DNA of 64,000 nucleotides. Source: Octopus vulgaris (lineage: Eukaryota). The translations under genes were made by a program, and so were the position numbers. The stretch is taken from the NCBI GenBank assembly GCA_951406725.2, contig OX597815.1, forward strand, positions 7,192,001-7,256,000, read 5' to 3'. The notes beneath the pieces are model-generated. The model had not been told where the DNA came from and searched no databases. It saw only the letters and a program-made list of their open reading frames with translations. This document shows positions 13,739 to 26,697 of this stretch, in pieces. How positions within the stretch are numbered: position 1 is the stretch's first letter; the number at the start of each line of letters is the position of its first letter.

Positions 13739-13942
13739 AATGACCTGAACAAATCTCCAGCAACGAAGGTAGACGGATATATATATATAAAAAGAGTGGA
13801 ACACATTCATGGCTTGAGTAATTTACATAATGTAAACAAAAATGAATAAAGAAATAACCCAAGAGTCACTAGTGGCATGTATGTGAACAACATAGGCAAA
13901 TACAGGTATATCAAATATCGTACAACATAAATTTTTGATTTA

Positions 13943-14353
13943 CTCTTTTACTCTTTTACTTGTTTCAGTCATTTGACTGTGGCCATGCTGGAGCCCCGCC
14001 TTTAGTCGAGCAAATCGATCCCAGGATTTATTCTTTGTAAGCCTAGTACTTATTCTATCGGTCTCCTTTGCCGAACCGCTAAGTTACGGGGACGTAAACA
14101 CACCAGCATCGGTTGTCAAGCGATGTTGGGGGGGGGGACAAACACAGACACACAAACGTATACACACACATACATATATATATATATACATATATACAAC
14201 GGGCTTCTTTCAGTTTCCGTCTATCAAATCCACTCACAAAGCTTTGGTCGGCCCCAGGCTATAGTAGAAGACACTTGCCCAAGGTGTCACGCAGTAGGAC
14301 TGAACCCGGAACCATGTGGTTGGTAAGCAAGCTACTTACCACACAGCCACTCC
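13943..14353 (-). mobile_element. SINE family A
   Basis: Reverse-complement full-length copy. Confidence 0.85.
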
Positions 14354-14769
14354 TTCATCTCCATCTCTTGAGGATGTGTCACAATTACTAAATGGCAAGA
14401 GGAAATAATCTTAAGAATCAGGAATTCTTCAGAGTCGAACTGCCATTGAGGAAACCGAGAGGCCTATTATCTGAAAACAGGACGGTAGTTGTGTGCGTAT
14501 GTTTCTGCCTCAATACGCGTCATCAGCACTAAAATTACACTAAGCTATCTCCAGCAGCAAAGAGAAAGGGATATAAATATAAATGTATGTTTGTGTGTGT
14601 GTTTGTGTGTGTATATGTGTGTCATTATTCAGTTTTCTTTCAAGACTTCTTGCCAATAGAGAAACCTATATCCAAGGAATTTCAACCTAGATCATTGGAA
14701 TTTCAACAACATCAAAAGGGTATTTTTCCATGTATATATGTATACGTGCATATTTTGTATGTTTTGTTT

Positions 14770-15430
14770 TATGCATGTCTTCTCATCCATATACTTGCAT
14801 ATCGAGACATGCTCATATTTAGTTTTACAGTTCCAGTGATCGCTTGGATCTGTAGTCTTGGAATCATCTTTCTCCTTTCTGGTTTTGAGACGCCTAATTT
14901 CTCAAGATTGGTATTAAGGCAGAGTGTTATATATCCCAGTGCCCCAATAATCACCTGATCTTGTAATCTGGATAGAGTAACTGCAGATTTCTCAATAGTT
15001 CAGCATAGATATTCTCTTTTTCCTCGATCTTCAGTTTTATGTTAACATCCGCCAGGTAGCTGTACACAGTTCTCCTTTTTCTACCATACTTTGGGCTCTT
15101 ATTTCTTCGTCTTCGAGTTATCCTTCCAACGGATTTCATTATACAGTGTTCTAGCTACAACATTATGTCTCATAGGTAGATAAAACCGCGATAACATTTT
15201 CGGACTAGTGTTTATGATGTGGGTGATAACTGAAGTGTTAACTTCACAAAGTTTTTCCTTTGGGCAATTAGGTATTTGGTTGATATTTCCTGTTCCTGGA
15301 TTACAAACTCATAACCTTCAAAGTGAAAGTTAGTAATCCGGTTGTTGATGATCAATGTTACTATCATCTCAGAGCTTTCTACTGCTGATATTCTCTCATC
15401 CTTTCATTTGATATGTTGCGGTAGAGTCGC
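14770..15430 (-). mobile_element. Decayed RLE-bearing non-LTR retrotransposon (R4/NeSL/HERO-type) 3' portion
   Basis: ITHII..PKM..YLPMRHNVVARTLY (RHD/RHN motif), then ADVNIKLKIEEKENIYAELLRNLQLLYPDYK and IIGALG...QAITGTVK, typical of the restriction-like endonuclease C-terminus. Confidence 0.7.
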
Positions 15431-15590
15431 GCGACTTCTTGGAGTATGTATTTAAGGTTCATTATTTACATTATTTACATTGGACGTACAAGTGTCCTCA
15501 TCGCTAGCTTTCTTAGAAAGGGGTCTAATGCTCTTAGCTTAGACTTTTGGGGAGCAACCAGATCGAACCATCTCAAGTGTAACTACCCGA

Positions 15591-15838
15591 AATGGTCGTG
15601 ACTTCTGGGACTTGACTGATGAAAGAAAGCCAAGAATGAGCCGTCTTTTTTTTTGCCTGTCCTTCTTATTATTGTTTCTCTTGTCCGCCTATCTGTCCAA
15701 ATGTTTCAACGCCCTCTATTACTTGCTTCCAACCACATGGTTCCGTGTTCAGACCTACTGCGTGGCACCATGGGCAAGTGTCTCCTACTATACCCCCGTG
15801 CTGATCAAAGCCTTGTGAGTGGCTCTGGTAGACACGCA

Positions 15839-15928
<90 letters not shown>

Positions 15929-16332
15929 CATACATACATACATACACAGATACATACATACATGCATACATACATACATACATACTTACAAACATACGTA
16001 CACACACATATATATGTATATGTATATATATATATGTGTGTGTGTGTGTGTATGAAGATGTAATTCTTTAATGTTGTAAAACAGAGAATGGTCGTGACTT
16101 CTGGGACTTGACTGATGAAAGAAAGCCAAGAATGACCCGTCTTTTTTACCTGTCCTTCTAATTGTTGTTTCTCTTGCTCGCCTATCTGTCCAAATGTTTT
16201 AACACCCTCTATTGCTTGCTTCCCAACCACATGGTTCCGTGTTCAGACCCACTGCGTGGCACCATGGGTAAGCGTCTCCTACTATACCCCCGTGCTGATC
16301 AAAGCCTTGTGAGTGGCTCTGGTAGACACGCA

Positions 16333-16422
<90 letters not shown>

Positions 16423-16432
16423 CCATCTATCG

Positions 16433-16465
<33 letters not shown>

Positions 16466-16670
16466 CATACATACATACATACATACATACATACACAGAT
16501 ACATACATGCATACATACATACACAGATACATACATGCATACATACATACATACATACATACATACTTACGTACATACATACATACATACGTACACACAC
16601 ATATATATGTGTGTGTATATATAATGTGTGTGTGTGTGTGAAGATGTAATTCTTTCATGTTGTAAAACAA
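15591..16670. repeat. Local tandem duplication (about 500/580 bp) containing a decayed SINE A head and (TATC)n/(TACA)n
   Basis: AATGGTCGTGACTTCTGGGACTTGACTGATGAAAG starts at 15591 and about 16088. Both units end GAAGATGTAATTCTTT.ATGTTGTAAAAC. Confidence 0.85.
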
Positions 16671-17098
16671 AGAAGTCAGGATAAAGCATTCCACAGGCAC
16701 ATACACGCTCTCACATGCACACGCACGCGCACCTTCGTTTTCAGATCACCACTGCTTTATTATCTTCCCATCTTCCTAGCTCTCCTGTGTGACCCCTCTG
16801 TACGGCATTCGCCATGGTAGATCGTTAGCCACTAAACCTTTTTCTATTTTATCTCCCTGTTTATTTCTGTGTTCCTTTCTGTCGAAGAGCGTAGGCTCGA
16901 AACGTAAAAGACTTTCTCATTTCCTGAGCATTAAACTAATACATCTGTTTGTTGTTTACACACCCGTCGTCGTCTTTTGTTTTTTGTTTTGTAAATTCTC
17001 ACTACATACATACATACATACATACATACATACATACATACATACATACATACATACATACATACATACATACATACATACATACATACATACATACA

Positions 17099-17190
<92 letters not shown>

Positions 17191-17235
17191 GTAATGTAAT
17201 AAATATATATATATATATATATATAATGTAATGTG

Positions 17236-17288
<53 letters not shown>

Positions 17289-17611
17289 GGTAAAGAATGA
17301 CCATGGGATTGCACCTAGAAAGTTACCCTCCTAGACACAAGTCCGGGCAAGGTTGTTTATGGAAGACCAGCAGTCGCCCATGCATACCAGCCTCCCCTCC
17401 CCACGCCACCAGTGTTATCCAAGGGAAAGGCAAAGGGGCCGATACAGCTTGGCACCAGTGACGTCGCAACTCATTTCTACAGCTGAGTGAACTGGAGCAA
17501 CGTGAAATAAAGTGCTTTGCTCAAGAACACAACACGCAGCCCGGTCCGGGATTCGAGCTCACAACCTCACGATCGTAAGCTCGACGCTCGACGCTCTAAC
17601 CACTGAGCCAT
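17289..17611 (-). mobile_element. tRNA-derived SINE with CORE-like segment (related older copies at about 1240-1480 and 22760-23027)
   Basis: Minus-strand A box TGGCTCAGTGGTTAGAGC, B box GCTCGAATCCC, then GTTCTTGAGCAAAGCACTT. Confidence 0.75.
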
Positions 17612-18743
17612 AATATCTATATAGTAAATATAACTTTTCTTAAAGTTTAATGGATTAACATACCAATCCTTAGATTGATGTCATTCCAGTGAAAGTTTTT
17701 CCCTCGAAAGACTGGTTTTTTTTTCAGTGTTATATTTATCATTAAGTTGTTTGTTTGTTTGTTTTTGTTGTTTTTGTTTTGTCTGCCTATATTCAATTTC
17801 CGTTTGGGCATGTGCATTATGAAACGGCAACGAAGGAGGATATCAGATATGCATACACACAGACGCCTGCATATACAATCACACACTCGAATGGACACAC
17901 ATATACACATACACACAAAGTAAGCAGCACGGTTTTATGCATTTAATTAGCTCCTATTGTTCAACTGAAATTAGCTAAGAGGAATTTGTTAACATGTTTC
18001 CATTTAATGAAAATTCTCGGGTTTTTTTTTTTGTAGGTAATCATTTGGAGACTTGAGTTCTTCTAAAATGAAATCTTGGAACTTTCGTAATATGGTTTAT
18101 TTTAGGTTTGGAAGTTGTTTTGATGAGGAATTCCTTCGTAATCTGTAAGTTCCTGCCGTTTCGGCTTCTGCCTTTGGTGACAACGATATAATTTTGACCG
18201 AAGGGAAATCTGTGTATGTTTGAGAGGTGGTGGTGGTGGTGGTGGTTACGTTGGATGGGTTGTAGTGGATGTGTGTATGTGTGTGTGTACGTGTGTGTGT
18301 AGGGGGTGTTCTTTGATTCAGAAATCAGTTGATGGAGGGAGATGCTAACAGCGGATCGGTTGCATTTAGGTCACCACTCTATTTAATAGCATATGTTCGT
18401 TTTGCAGACGGGACAGTGTTGGCTAGTAGACATAGCAGATAGTAGGATAAAGAAGTATATTCGGCGAGCTGGCAGAATCGTTAGCACGCCGGGCAAAATG
18501 CATAGCCGTATTTCGTCTGCCGTTACGTTCTGAGTTCAAATTCCGCCGAGGTCGACTTTGCCTTTCATCCTTTCGGGGTCGATTAAATAAGTACCAGTTA
18601 CGCACTGGGGTCGATGTAATCGACTTAATCCGTTTGTCTGTCCTTGTTTGTCCTCTCTGTGTTTAGCCCCTTAGTGAAATAAGTATATGTTTAGCCCCTC
18701 TCTCTCTCTTTGTACACACATACTGACACACACACACATATAC

Positions 18744-18777
<34 letters not shown>

Positions 18778-19169
18778 AGATATACATTCATATGCACACA
18801 TACAGCACACACACAGACACATATGTATGGTCTATTGTCCAGTTCATCTAGGTGTATATATCACTCAGCGTGGTTATAATTCATTGTGTTGTGGTCTTAC
18901 CAAAACATTTTAACTACCAACAGTCCAGTCCATCATGCTGTACATATAGACACCTTAGTATATTCACAGACACTGTACTGTATCTTTGGTCAAGATCAGT
19001 CCAACTGATGGTTAGTTAATTCTACATTATCGTATAGTTCATCACAGTGAGTCCAAGACTAAGGCACTTAGCTGCTATAATTCCCGTACCCATCGTTATA
19101 AGTAGGTACAGTGCTGTACTGTATCAATGACCAGCGGTGAAGGCTGCATCCTGCATCCTTTGTCGTCTC

Positions 19170-19560
19170 CTCCGCTGGGTAACCGGCTCGCAAAGATAGT
19201 GCTCTTCAGTGAGATGGGGTCTGGAGGTTTCATGAACCTCCAAAACTTCATTTTCATGATCATCTCAAGCAGATTTTCATTATATGCGGTTTCTCCTAGT
19301 TGGTTGGAATCCCTGGCTGTTGATCGGAAAGCATGGAGGTCCGTGTGTGATGCGGGAGTGCAGCACTTTGAAATTGGACGCAAGAGACTGCATGAAAGGA
19401 GGGGACGTCATCATGAACTCCTGCGGCTGTTTTTCAGGGTCGCTTTCAGTGCCCTCACTGCCACAGGATCTGCCCGTCTCATATCAGTCATGTCAGTCAT
19501 GCCTGCTCCCATGAGAGACAATGTGCCGCAGAGGAAGACGAATGTCCTAGATCGACGCCG
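19170..19560 (+). mobile_element. RTE-clade LINE C-terminal remnant
   Basis: KIVLFSE...WLESLAVDRKAWRSVCDAGVQHFE. Confidence 0.55.
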
Positions 19561-20914
19561 TCGAACTTTGATGGGCTGTCATCAGAGGTAAGCAAAATAA
19601 GCATTAATGACTAGGACCCCCCCCCCCCATCCAGTCGTCATCAGCTCTATCCACCTCGCATATCTAAGTACCACAGTGAGGTATAGTCAACTATTGTAAA
19701 AAGCGGTACAGATTAATGAAACCAACCTTTTTTGTTAGGTAATGGTGTGGAAACATCCTGGCCATACAGACTGAAGAGATGCAAAAATTATTCTGGACTC
19801 ACAATTATATCCAAGTGTAAAGTTGTTAACCACAGTGATTGTGTATACACCTAAGTATAATTTCACAGTATTCATGGTCTATGTTCATGTTTTAGATTGC
19901 TAAGTTGATAATAGCGACTATAACACTGTTAGTTCATATCACGTAACCAGTACGGACCTGGATCCAATGGTCAGGACACGTAACTCTTGCTGGCTTAGTA
20001 TAGTTTGCTGTAAATATTTAGTTTGCTGTGCATCAGGGAACAATCAATACACAATCTCTTGTGATGTAGTGTTACCTGTACTGTGAAGCCTGCATCCTTT
20101 GTCGTCTTCTCCGCTGGGTTGGCCGTGTAATCCGGATGCTGGCTAACCGGCCCCCAAAGATAGTACTCTTCGGCTGCTAGAATGAAAAATAATTGTCAGC
20201 TCGAAACTGTGAGCGATATTACGAAATACTTTAATGTTCTCTCCCATTTTCTACCCCGGGTGACACTCATACCTTTATTAAGTCGGTTTCAGTCGGGATT
20301 ACATTTCTTGATACATTTCTGGGAAATTAACAGCACGATGTATCAAGGTCCCCACAAAATATAAAGTATGAATCTACCCCCAAAATATAAAGTGCCAATG
20401 TACTTTATAGCCTGAAAATGTAAGACATCTATGCAACCTAGATATATAAAGAATCCCTCTTAAATTTGGATAAGCTTGTTTGTTGCAGGTAAACGAATTG
20501 TAACATATATATATATATATTCTGGGGCTACAGTTTTAGAGTTTTGTAGTACCTTGGTATAATACACATTTGCAGTTTATTTACGCCTTCTCAGAAGAGA
20601 TCAACCCGATATGCTACAATTCATTTTCCTGCAACAAACAATATATATATATATATATTGAAGGTTTACGAAAATAAACAAAAGACGAAGGCAGGTGGAG
20701 TACAAACAAACAAATGTATTAGTATGGCGCTCAGGAATAGAAATAGAACAAGTCTTTTACGTTTCGAGCCTACGCTCTTCGACAGAAAGATACACAGAAA
20801 AGAAACAAGGAGAGTAAAAAATGCTTGTAGGAGCTAACGGTCTAAGGTGTTAATTTATAAACAAAAATTCATTTGCAAGACAATAAAATATTTGAGAAAA
20901 TACTTTTTCAGGAA

Positions 20915-20920
20915 TTTATT
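20915..20920 (-). terminator. Candidate polyadenylation signal (AATAAA) of paralog 1
   Basis: AATAAA on the minus strand lies in a 3' block (ttttcag..atttattcc) also conserved downstream of paralog 2 (24345-24350). Confidence 0.35.
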
Positions 20921-21112
20921 CCAAAATATCCATTATTAAATATTTTATTAGTTCATTAATATATATCTCCTCACTTGTACAGAAATAAATCTACTCGTTT
21001 ATTTCAATAGTCATCATTATCATCATAAAATCATTAGTAGCATTAATGATTATAAAGGTTGCATTAATTATTCTTTTTTAAAATTAGTAGTTGCAGTACT
21101 TGTAACATTATT

Positions 21113-21760
21113 TTACAATCGATGGAGGGTTGAAAGAGCGTTCTTCCATATATATTGGTTAAACTTGGCACCGGATATATATATAACTGTCATCATAGGC
21201 CACATGGACAAAAAGAAGAGCAAGCGAGAATTGAACTTAAATGAGTCGAGAAATAGATAGACCCAAGAGCCAGTGTTTGTCCTCAGAAACAGAACAGTTG
21301 TCTGGTAGGAAGTTGTAATCATGACAATTCCAATGAGATGAGCCAGGACCTGGAAATAAGGATGGTAAACCAGGAATTTCTCAATGAGAACCATAAAAAG
21401 AGGAAGCGAATGTATTATGTGGTTGTTGATATCTTTTAACAGGTCAATAATAAATTCAGTGTCCATAAAAAATATACTCCAGAAGATGACGGAGACAAAG
21501 ATACCCATCGGGAAGACGATCGAATTGAAGTAGTGTGTCAGGATTTCTCGGAAGATCCTGTGGTTTGATTTCAACGAAAGGATAATGTCATAGACTAAAC
21601 TCAATAAGAAGAAAAGCCACAGAATCCATTGATTCCATAAACTCAAAACATTTAAGTTATTCGTGATAATATACCAATTGTGCCACTTATTCTTCAGTAT
21701 TCCATATGTCAGCACAAAAAAACAAGTTGAGTGAAATAATAGACGAACCTTTAATGCCAT
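21113..21760 (-). CDS. AIG1-like: FAR-17a/AIG1-family multi-pass membrane protein, paralog 1 (215 aa, single coding exon)
   Basis: Motifs line up with human AIG1 as recalled: VFPMGIFVSVIFWSIFFMD vs AFPVGVFVVAVFWIIYAYD, NHIIHSLP vs NHGMHTTV, WVYLFLD vs WVYPFLE, GAKFNQYIW vs GEVLNNYIW. About six hydrophobic segments. Ser40 sits at the AIG1 Thr43 position and His117 at the His134 position. Confidence 0.9.
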   Translation of the reverse strand: MALKVRLLFHSTCFFVLTYGILKNKWHNWYIITNNLNVLSLWNQWILWLFFLLSLVYDIILSLKSNHRIFREILTHYFNSIVFPMGIFVSVIFWSIFFMDTEFIIDLLKDINNHIIHSLPLFMVLIEKFLVYHPYFQVLAHLIGIVMITTSYQTTVLFLRTNTGSWVYLFLDSFKFNSRLLFFLSMWPMMTVIYISGAKFNQYIWKNALSTLHRL

Positions 21761-21844
21761 TTCCGTAACGTATCAATTGCTTTATCCAAACTGTTCACTA
21801 GATAATGTTCTTTTGAATTAATATACGAACAATTAGTGTTTTAC

Positions 21845-21888
<44 letters not shown>

Positions 21889-22125
21889 TACTTTTTCCTT
21901 TTTTTTTTTGTATGTAAGTGCTTCTGTAACGTAATTTTATATCTATCATAGATAACAGGAACCAGATAAAATAACAAGATTCAAAGGAGAAAAAAAATGA
22001 CAGACATATATATCTTTTTATCAGTTGATTTCTTTGTTGTTTTGCATTCTTTTATCTATTTTAGGCTCGATTCTTCTTGGCTTTATATTTTAATGTAACT
22101 TCTATTTCAACCTCATTTTTCTCTT

Positions 22126-22239
22126 CGCCATTTTCATTTGATCCAAGTTCTAACGCAGCGTCACGAAGCTTTGATATATCGACAACGGGTGACGTCATAA
22201 AAGACATCTACTTTAGAAAGTCACTTGATTCATGACGTT
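22126..22239 (-). promoter_or_regulatory. Conserved upstream module of paralog 1 (YY1-type motif + CRE)
   Basis: CGCCATTTT at 22126-22134, TGACGTCA at 22190-22197, TGATTCA at 22226-22232. A homologous block lies upstream of the other two paralogs. Confidence 0.6.
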
Positions 22240-23489
22240 ATAATTTAGACAAAGATATCAATAGAGAAATGTTTTCGTCTGTTTTCTTCTCTTCCGAAAA
22301 TTTTCAAATAAATAATCGAATTCTATTTTACGATGGTTTATTTTTATTTATATATTTATATATATATATGGTTTTAATATAAAATTTCGGTGTTTCTTTT
22401 CTGGGGTCCTGTGAAAAAGAAATTATTGACTGAAGGAGGTGGTTTTCAGATCGAAAAATGAAATATTTCTTCTGTGTGAAAAAAGCGAAAGTGGTTTTTT
22501 TTATGCCTCCAAAAAGTGAAAGTGTCTTTGATAGGGGGACGTGAAAGTGCTTTTATCAACTATAATTTTAACGTTCTCTGTGACACACGTCCAATATTAC
22601 ATGGACTCGATGATTTTTAGAAGAGATAGTTTACCTCGGGAAATGTGTTGGCAAAGACGATTCCTTATAACTTCACCGAGCTTTACATCCTCACCAGAAC
22701 CAGGTCAAAACAAATGCGACAATGAAGGCCGTAATTTTACTGATATGAATCTGTTTCATATCACGTGACCACATGGCCGACCAGACTATCAGATGTTATT
22801 ACACATCGCTGGTCACAATGCGTTTTGTATAGTTTTAGCCTTCGAATGACGCCACCTCGCTGGTTAGGCGAGCAGTCCAACACACCCTCTTGATCGGAAG
22901 GAGGCTGGGGCAACGTGAAATGAAATGTTTTGCTTATGAAAACAACGCGCCGTCTGGTCTGGGAATCGAACCCACGATCTTGCGACCATGTGTGCAACAG
23001 CCTTACCACTAGGTCATGCGCCTTCACTGTCTCGTATATTTACTGTTAATTGTTCAAACTCTTTTCTTCTACTAATATTTAGTACACACGAGTAGTAAAT
23101 AACTTTGCTCTCGACGTTAATTAAGAACGGATCTAACTTCAATGACATCACCACACTGGATGCGAACTGGCACAAGTTTCATTTTGAAAACAACTGATTT
23201 TTGACAAAATATCTTATTTTTAACAGTGCAAGCTTAATACCGTAACGAAACACTTCTCACGATAGCCTTGAGAACTCAAGTGGTTACGAAAGAAATTCAC
23301 CGCCCAGACACATCTGTGTTAAAAGACACATCTTTCATGTAAATTTTAAATATGTTAATACATATTGGCAGAAACGTACCCTCATTTTCTTTTGCTTTCT
23401 AGGGAAAATTTCTTTATGATGCTGAAAAAAAGACACTTGCCCAAGGTCCCACACAGTGGGACTGAAGTCGGAACCAGTTGGTTGGAAAA

Positions 23490-23504
23490 TGTACGTGTAC
23501 GTAC

Positions 23505-23535
<31 letters not shown>

Positions 23536-24106
23536 TGTATGTATGTATGTATGTATGTATGTATGTATGTATGTATGTATGTATACATGTATGTATGTAT
23601 GCATGCATGCATGCATGTATGTATGTATGTATGTATACATCTATGTATGTATGGATGTATGTATGTATGTATGTATGTATGTATGTATGTATGCATGCAT
23701 GTATGTATGCATGTATGTATGTATGTATGTATGTATGTATGCATGTATACATGTATGTATGTATGTATACATGTATGTATGTATGTATGTATGTATGTAC
23801 GTATGTACGTATGTACGTATGTACGTATGTATGTATGTATGTATGCATGCATGTATGTATGCATGTATACATGGATGTATGTATGTATGTATGTATGTAT
23901 GTATGTATGTATGCATGCATGTATGTATGTATGCATGTATACATGTATGTATATATGTATGTATGCATGTATACATGTATGTATGTATGTATGTATGTAT
24001 GTATGTATGTATGTATGTATACATGTATGTATGTATGTATGTATACTTGTATGTATGTATGTATACTTGTATGTATGTATGTATGTATTTATGTATGTAA
24101 CTACAA

Positions 24107-24137
<31 letters not shown>

Positions 24138-24240
24138 TGTATGTATGTATGTATGTATGTATGTATGTATGTATGTATGTATGTATGTATGTATGTATGT
24201 ATGTATGTATGTATGTATGTATGTATGCATGTATGTATGT
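23490..24240. repeat. (TATG)n microsatellite; similar large (TACA)n/(TATG)n tracts at about 1510-2050, 4910-5510, 17003-17125 and 46160-46850
   Basis: Directly visible tetranucleotide repeats. Confidence 0.95.
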
Positions 24241-24628
24241 ACACTTACATTTCCAGATGTGCATTGTAAGGTATTAATTAATGTCCCTAAGAGAGAAAAT
24301 AATTTACAAGACGATTAATAATTTTTGAAATTATTTTCAGCGCATTTATTCCTAAAGAAGAAATCAACACTGTATCAGTTCATATTACTTCACTTACAAA
24401 GACCATGAGCACAGCACTGTCCTCCGGCTTAAAACTGTGTAAAAGAGACAAAACCAAATGTATCTACATACAACCGTTGCCCGTTTATCTCAATACAGTT
24501 TCTCCTCCTCATCATCAGCATCAACATCATCATGATCAATGATGATGATGATGGTGATGATAAATAATAGCATGGATTGTATAATTGCATTTGAGATAGA
24601 AGCGGCAGTGCTTGTAATTAACGTTAAT

Positions 24629-25276
24629 TTACGATTGAGTCAAGCTTGAGAGAGCGTTCTTCCATATCAATTCATTAATTTTAGCACCGGATATGTATAT
24701 TGCTGCAATCATTGGCCACATAGATAAAAAGAAGAACAGGCGAGAATTGAACTTGGATGAATCGAAGACTAGATAGGCCCAAGAGACAGTGTTTGTTCTC
24801 AAAAATAAAACGGTTGCTTGGTAGGCGGCTGTGATAACAACGATTCCGATGAGGTGAACTACAATTTGGAAATAAGGATGGTAGACGAGATATTTCTCGA
24901 TGAGAACTAAAATGAAAGGAAAGCAGTGTATCGCGGGGCTATTCACGTCTGAGAAGAGTGCCATTGCAATTTCTTTGTCGATGAAAGATATCATCCAGAA
25001 GGTGATGAAATTAAAGGAGCCTATCGGGAAGACGATTGAATTGAAGTAATGTGTGAGGAGCTGTCGGAAAATCCTTTGGTTGGACCCTAACGAAAGGATT
25101 ATATCGTAAACAACGCTAAATCCGAAGAAACTCCACATAATCCACAAATTCCATTTCGTCAATATATTCAAATTGTGCAAGATTCCATAGTACTTCTTCC
25201 CTTTCATCAGATTCAATGTAAACATCAACATCATGACGGAAACGATGTGAAAAACTAGACGAATCCCCAACGACAT
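24629..25276 (-). CDS. AIG1-like: FAR-17a/AIG1-family membrane protein, paralog 2 (215 aa from the aligned ATG at 25276; an in-frame ATG at 25285 adds MSR)
   Basis: Aligns without gaps to paralogs 1 and 3 (THYFNSIVFP, EKYLVYHPYF, FLRTNT, FNSRL). Thr40 (NILTKW) and His117 (SPAIHC) are retained. Confidence 0.88.
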   Translation of the reverse strand: MSLGIRLVFHIVSVMMLMFTLNLMKGKKYYGILHNLNILTKWNLWIMWSFFGFSVVYDIILSLGSNQRIFRQLLTHYFNSIVFPIGSFNFITFWMISFIDKEIAMALFSDVNSPAIHCFPFILVLIEKYLVYHPYFQIVVHLIGIVVITAAYQATVLFLRTNTVSWAYLVFDSSKFNSRLFFFLSMWPMIAAIYISGAKINELIWKNALSSLTQS

Positions 25277-25593
25277 TCTGCTCATGCGCTGATCGGTTTA
25301 TCCAAACTGTTCTCTAATAAATAATCTTCTGAACTGACACTTCAATAATTATTGTCCAACGCAATGTTTTAGTTTTTGGTTGTGGCTGCTTTCTGTTTTC
25401 TAATTTTCTGTCTATCACAGACAACAGGCAACGGATGAGTATTAAAATTCAAAGCAAGCATGTGATAGATAGACACAGAACGTGTGTTCGTTGTACTTCC
25501 CTCTTTTCATCACATGGTGTCCTAGACATTTCTTTTATTCCTTTTTCCTTTTTGTTAATGAAACTTTATTTTCAATTTCATTCTTCTTCTCTT

Positions 25594-25710
25594 CGCCATT
25601 TTCATTAGATTCAAGTTTCAATACGATATAGCGAAAGTTTGAGATGTCGACTGCTGGTGACGTCATAAAAGACATACACTTTTTTTGAAAGTCACCTGAC
25701 TCATGACGTT
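25594..25710 (-). promoter_or_regulatory. Conserved upstream module of paralog 2 (YY1-type motif + CRE + AP-1)
   Basis: CGCCATTTT at 25594-25602, TGACGTCA at 25658-25665, TGACTCA at 25697-25703. Confidence 0.6.
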
Positions 25711-25869
25711 GTCTTTAACTTTTAAACAAACTTAAATATTGCAGCGGGTGGGTGGCGGAGGTAGTGGAGGCGGCGGCGGCGGCGGTGGTGGTGATGGTGG
25801 TGGTGGTGGTGGAGGTGAATATAAATTATGAAAATGAAATAAAAACTGCGGTGATCTCCTACTAATGAA

Positions 25870-25922
<53 letters not shown>

Positions 25923-26126
25923 CGTGTGCGTGTGCATGTGCGTGCATGCATGCGTAAGCATGTCTGGGTGCGTGCTTGTACATAGACACATACAATTCAA
26001 GTTAACCAGTTAACCAACATGCCAAAACTTCATCAGTTTTATGTTAAATATCCCTAACAGTTCACGAATGACAGAACCCATCCATTCGGGCATAACCATC
26101 CACCGTTCTCGGACAATAAAGCTCAG

Positions 26127-26697
26127 TAATCAGAAATATGGTTTCTGATTATAAATATCTTGGGTCATACATATCATCATCTGAAAAAGATTTTCTGACT
26201 AGAAAGGGTATGGCCTGGTCAGCATGTAATGACATGCATAAGATCTGGTCATCAAATCTAAGTAGAGATTTCAAACTTGAAATCTTCAAAGCCACAGTCG
26301 AACCAATTCTACTATATGGCTCAGAAACCTGGACGTTATCAAAGAAGCTTGAGAGGCGGTTGGATGGAACCTACACTCGCCTCCTTATGAGAGCTCAAAA
26401 TCTCTCGTGGAAGCGTCATCCAATCAAAGTACAAATATATGGGAAACTACCACCTGTGTCATCTCTTGTGAAAGGTAGAAGAGTCCAGTTTGCTGGACAT
26501 TGTTGTAGAGCTTAAGACGAGGTAATTTCTACTCTTCTCCTCTGGAAGCCATCTGCTCGCGATACCAGAGGGCGCACACTCTCCTACCCTGATGTAATCT
26601 CCAGGGATACAGGTATCCATCAACAGGACCGTGAAGTCTGGCGTAGCATGGTAAATTCCATTGTCTCGACCACGGTCGAACAATGATGATGATGATG
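26127..26697 (+). mobile_element. 5'-truncated RTE-type LINE with (GAT)n tail and 9-bp TSD
   Basis: YKYLGS...PILLYGSETWTL...RRLDGTYTRLLM. A 3' hairpin TCGAC-cacg-GTCGA at 26666-26679. TSD AAAGCTCAG at 26118-26126 and 26698-26706. Confidence 0.85.

Noticed and set aside
17540-17611. tRNA genes at SINE heads (also 47480-47550)
   Set aside because: The acceptor stems are incomplete and the sequences continue into SINE bodies.
22098-22137. Conserved uORF starting MKMAK upstream of each paralog
   Set aside because: Only the first five codons are shared, and lengths and frames then diverge. A DNA motif (YY1-type) explains it better.
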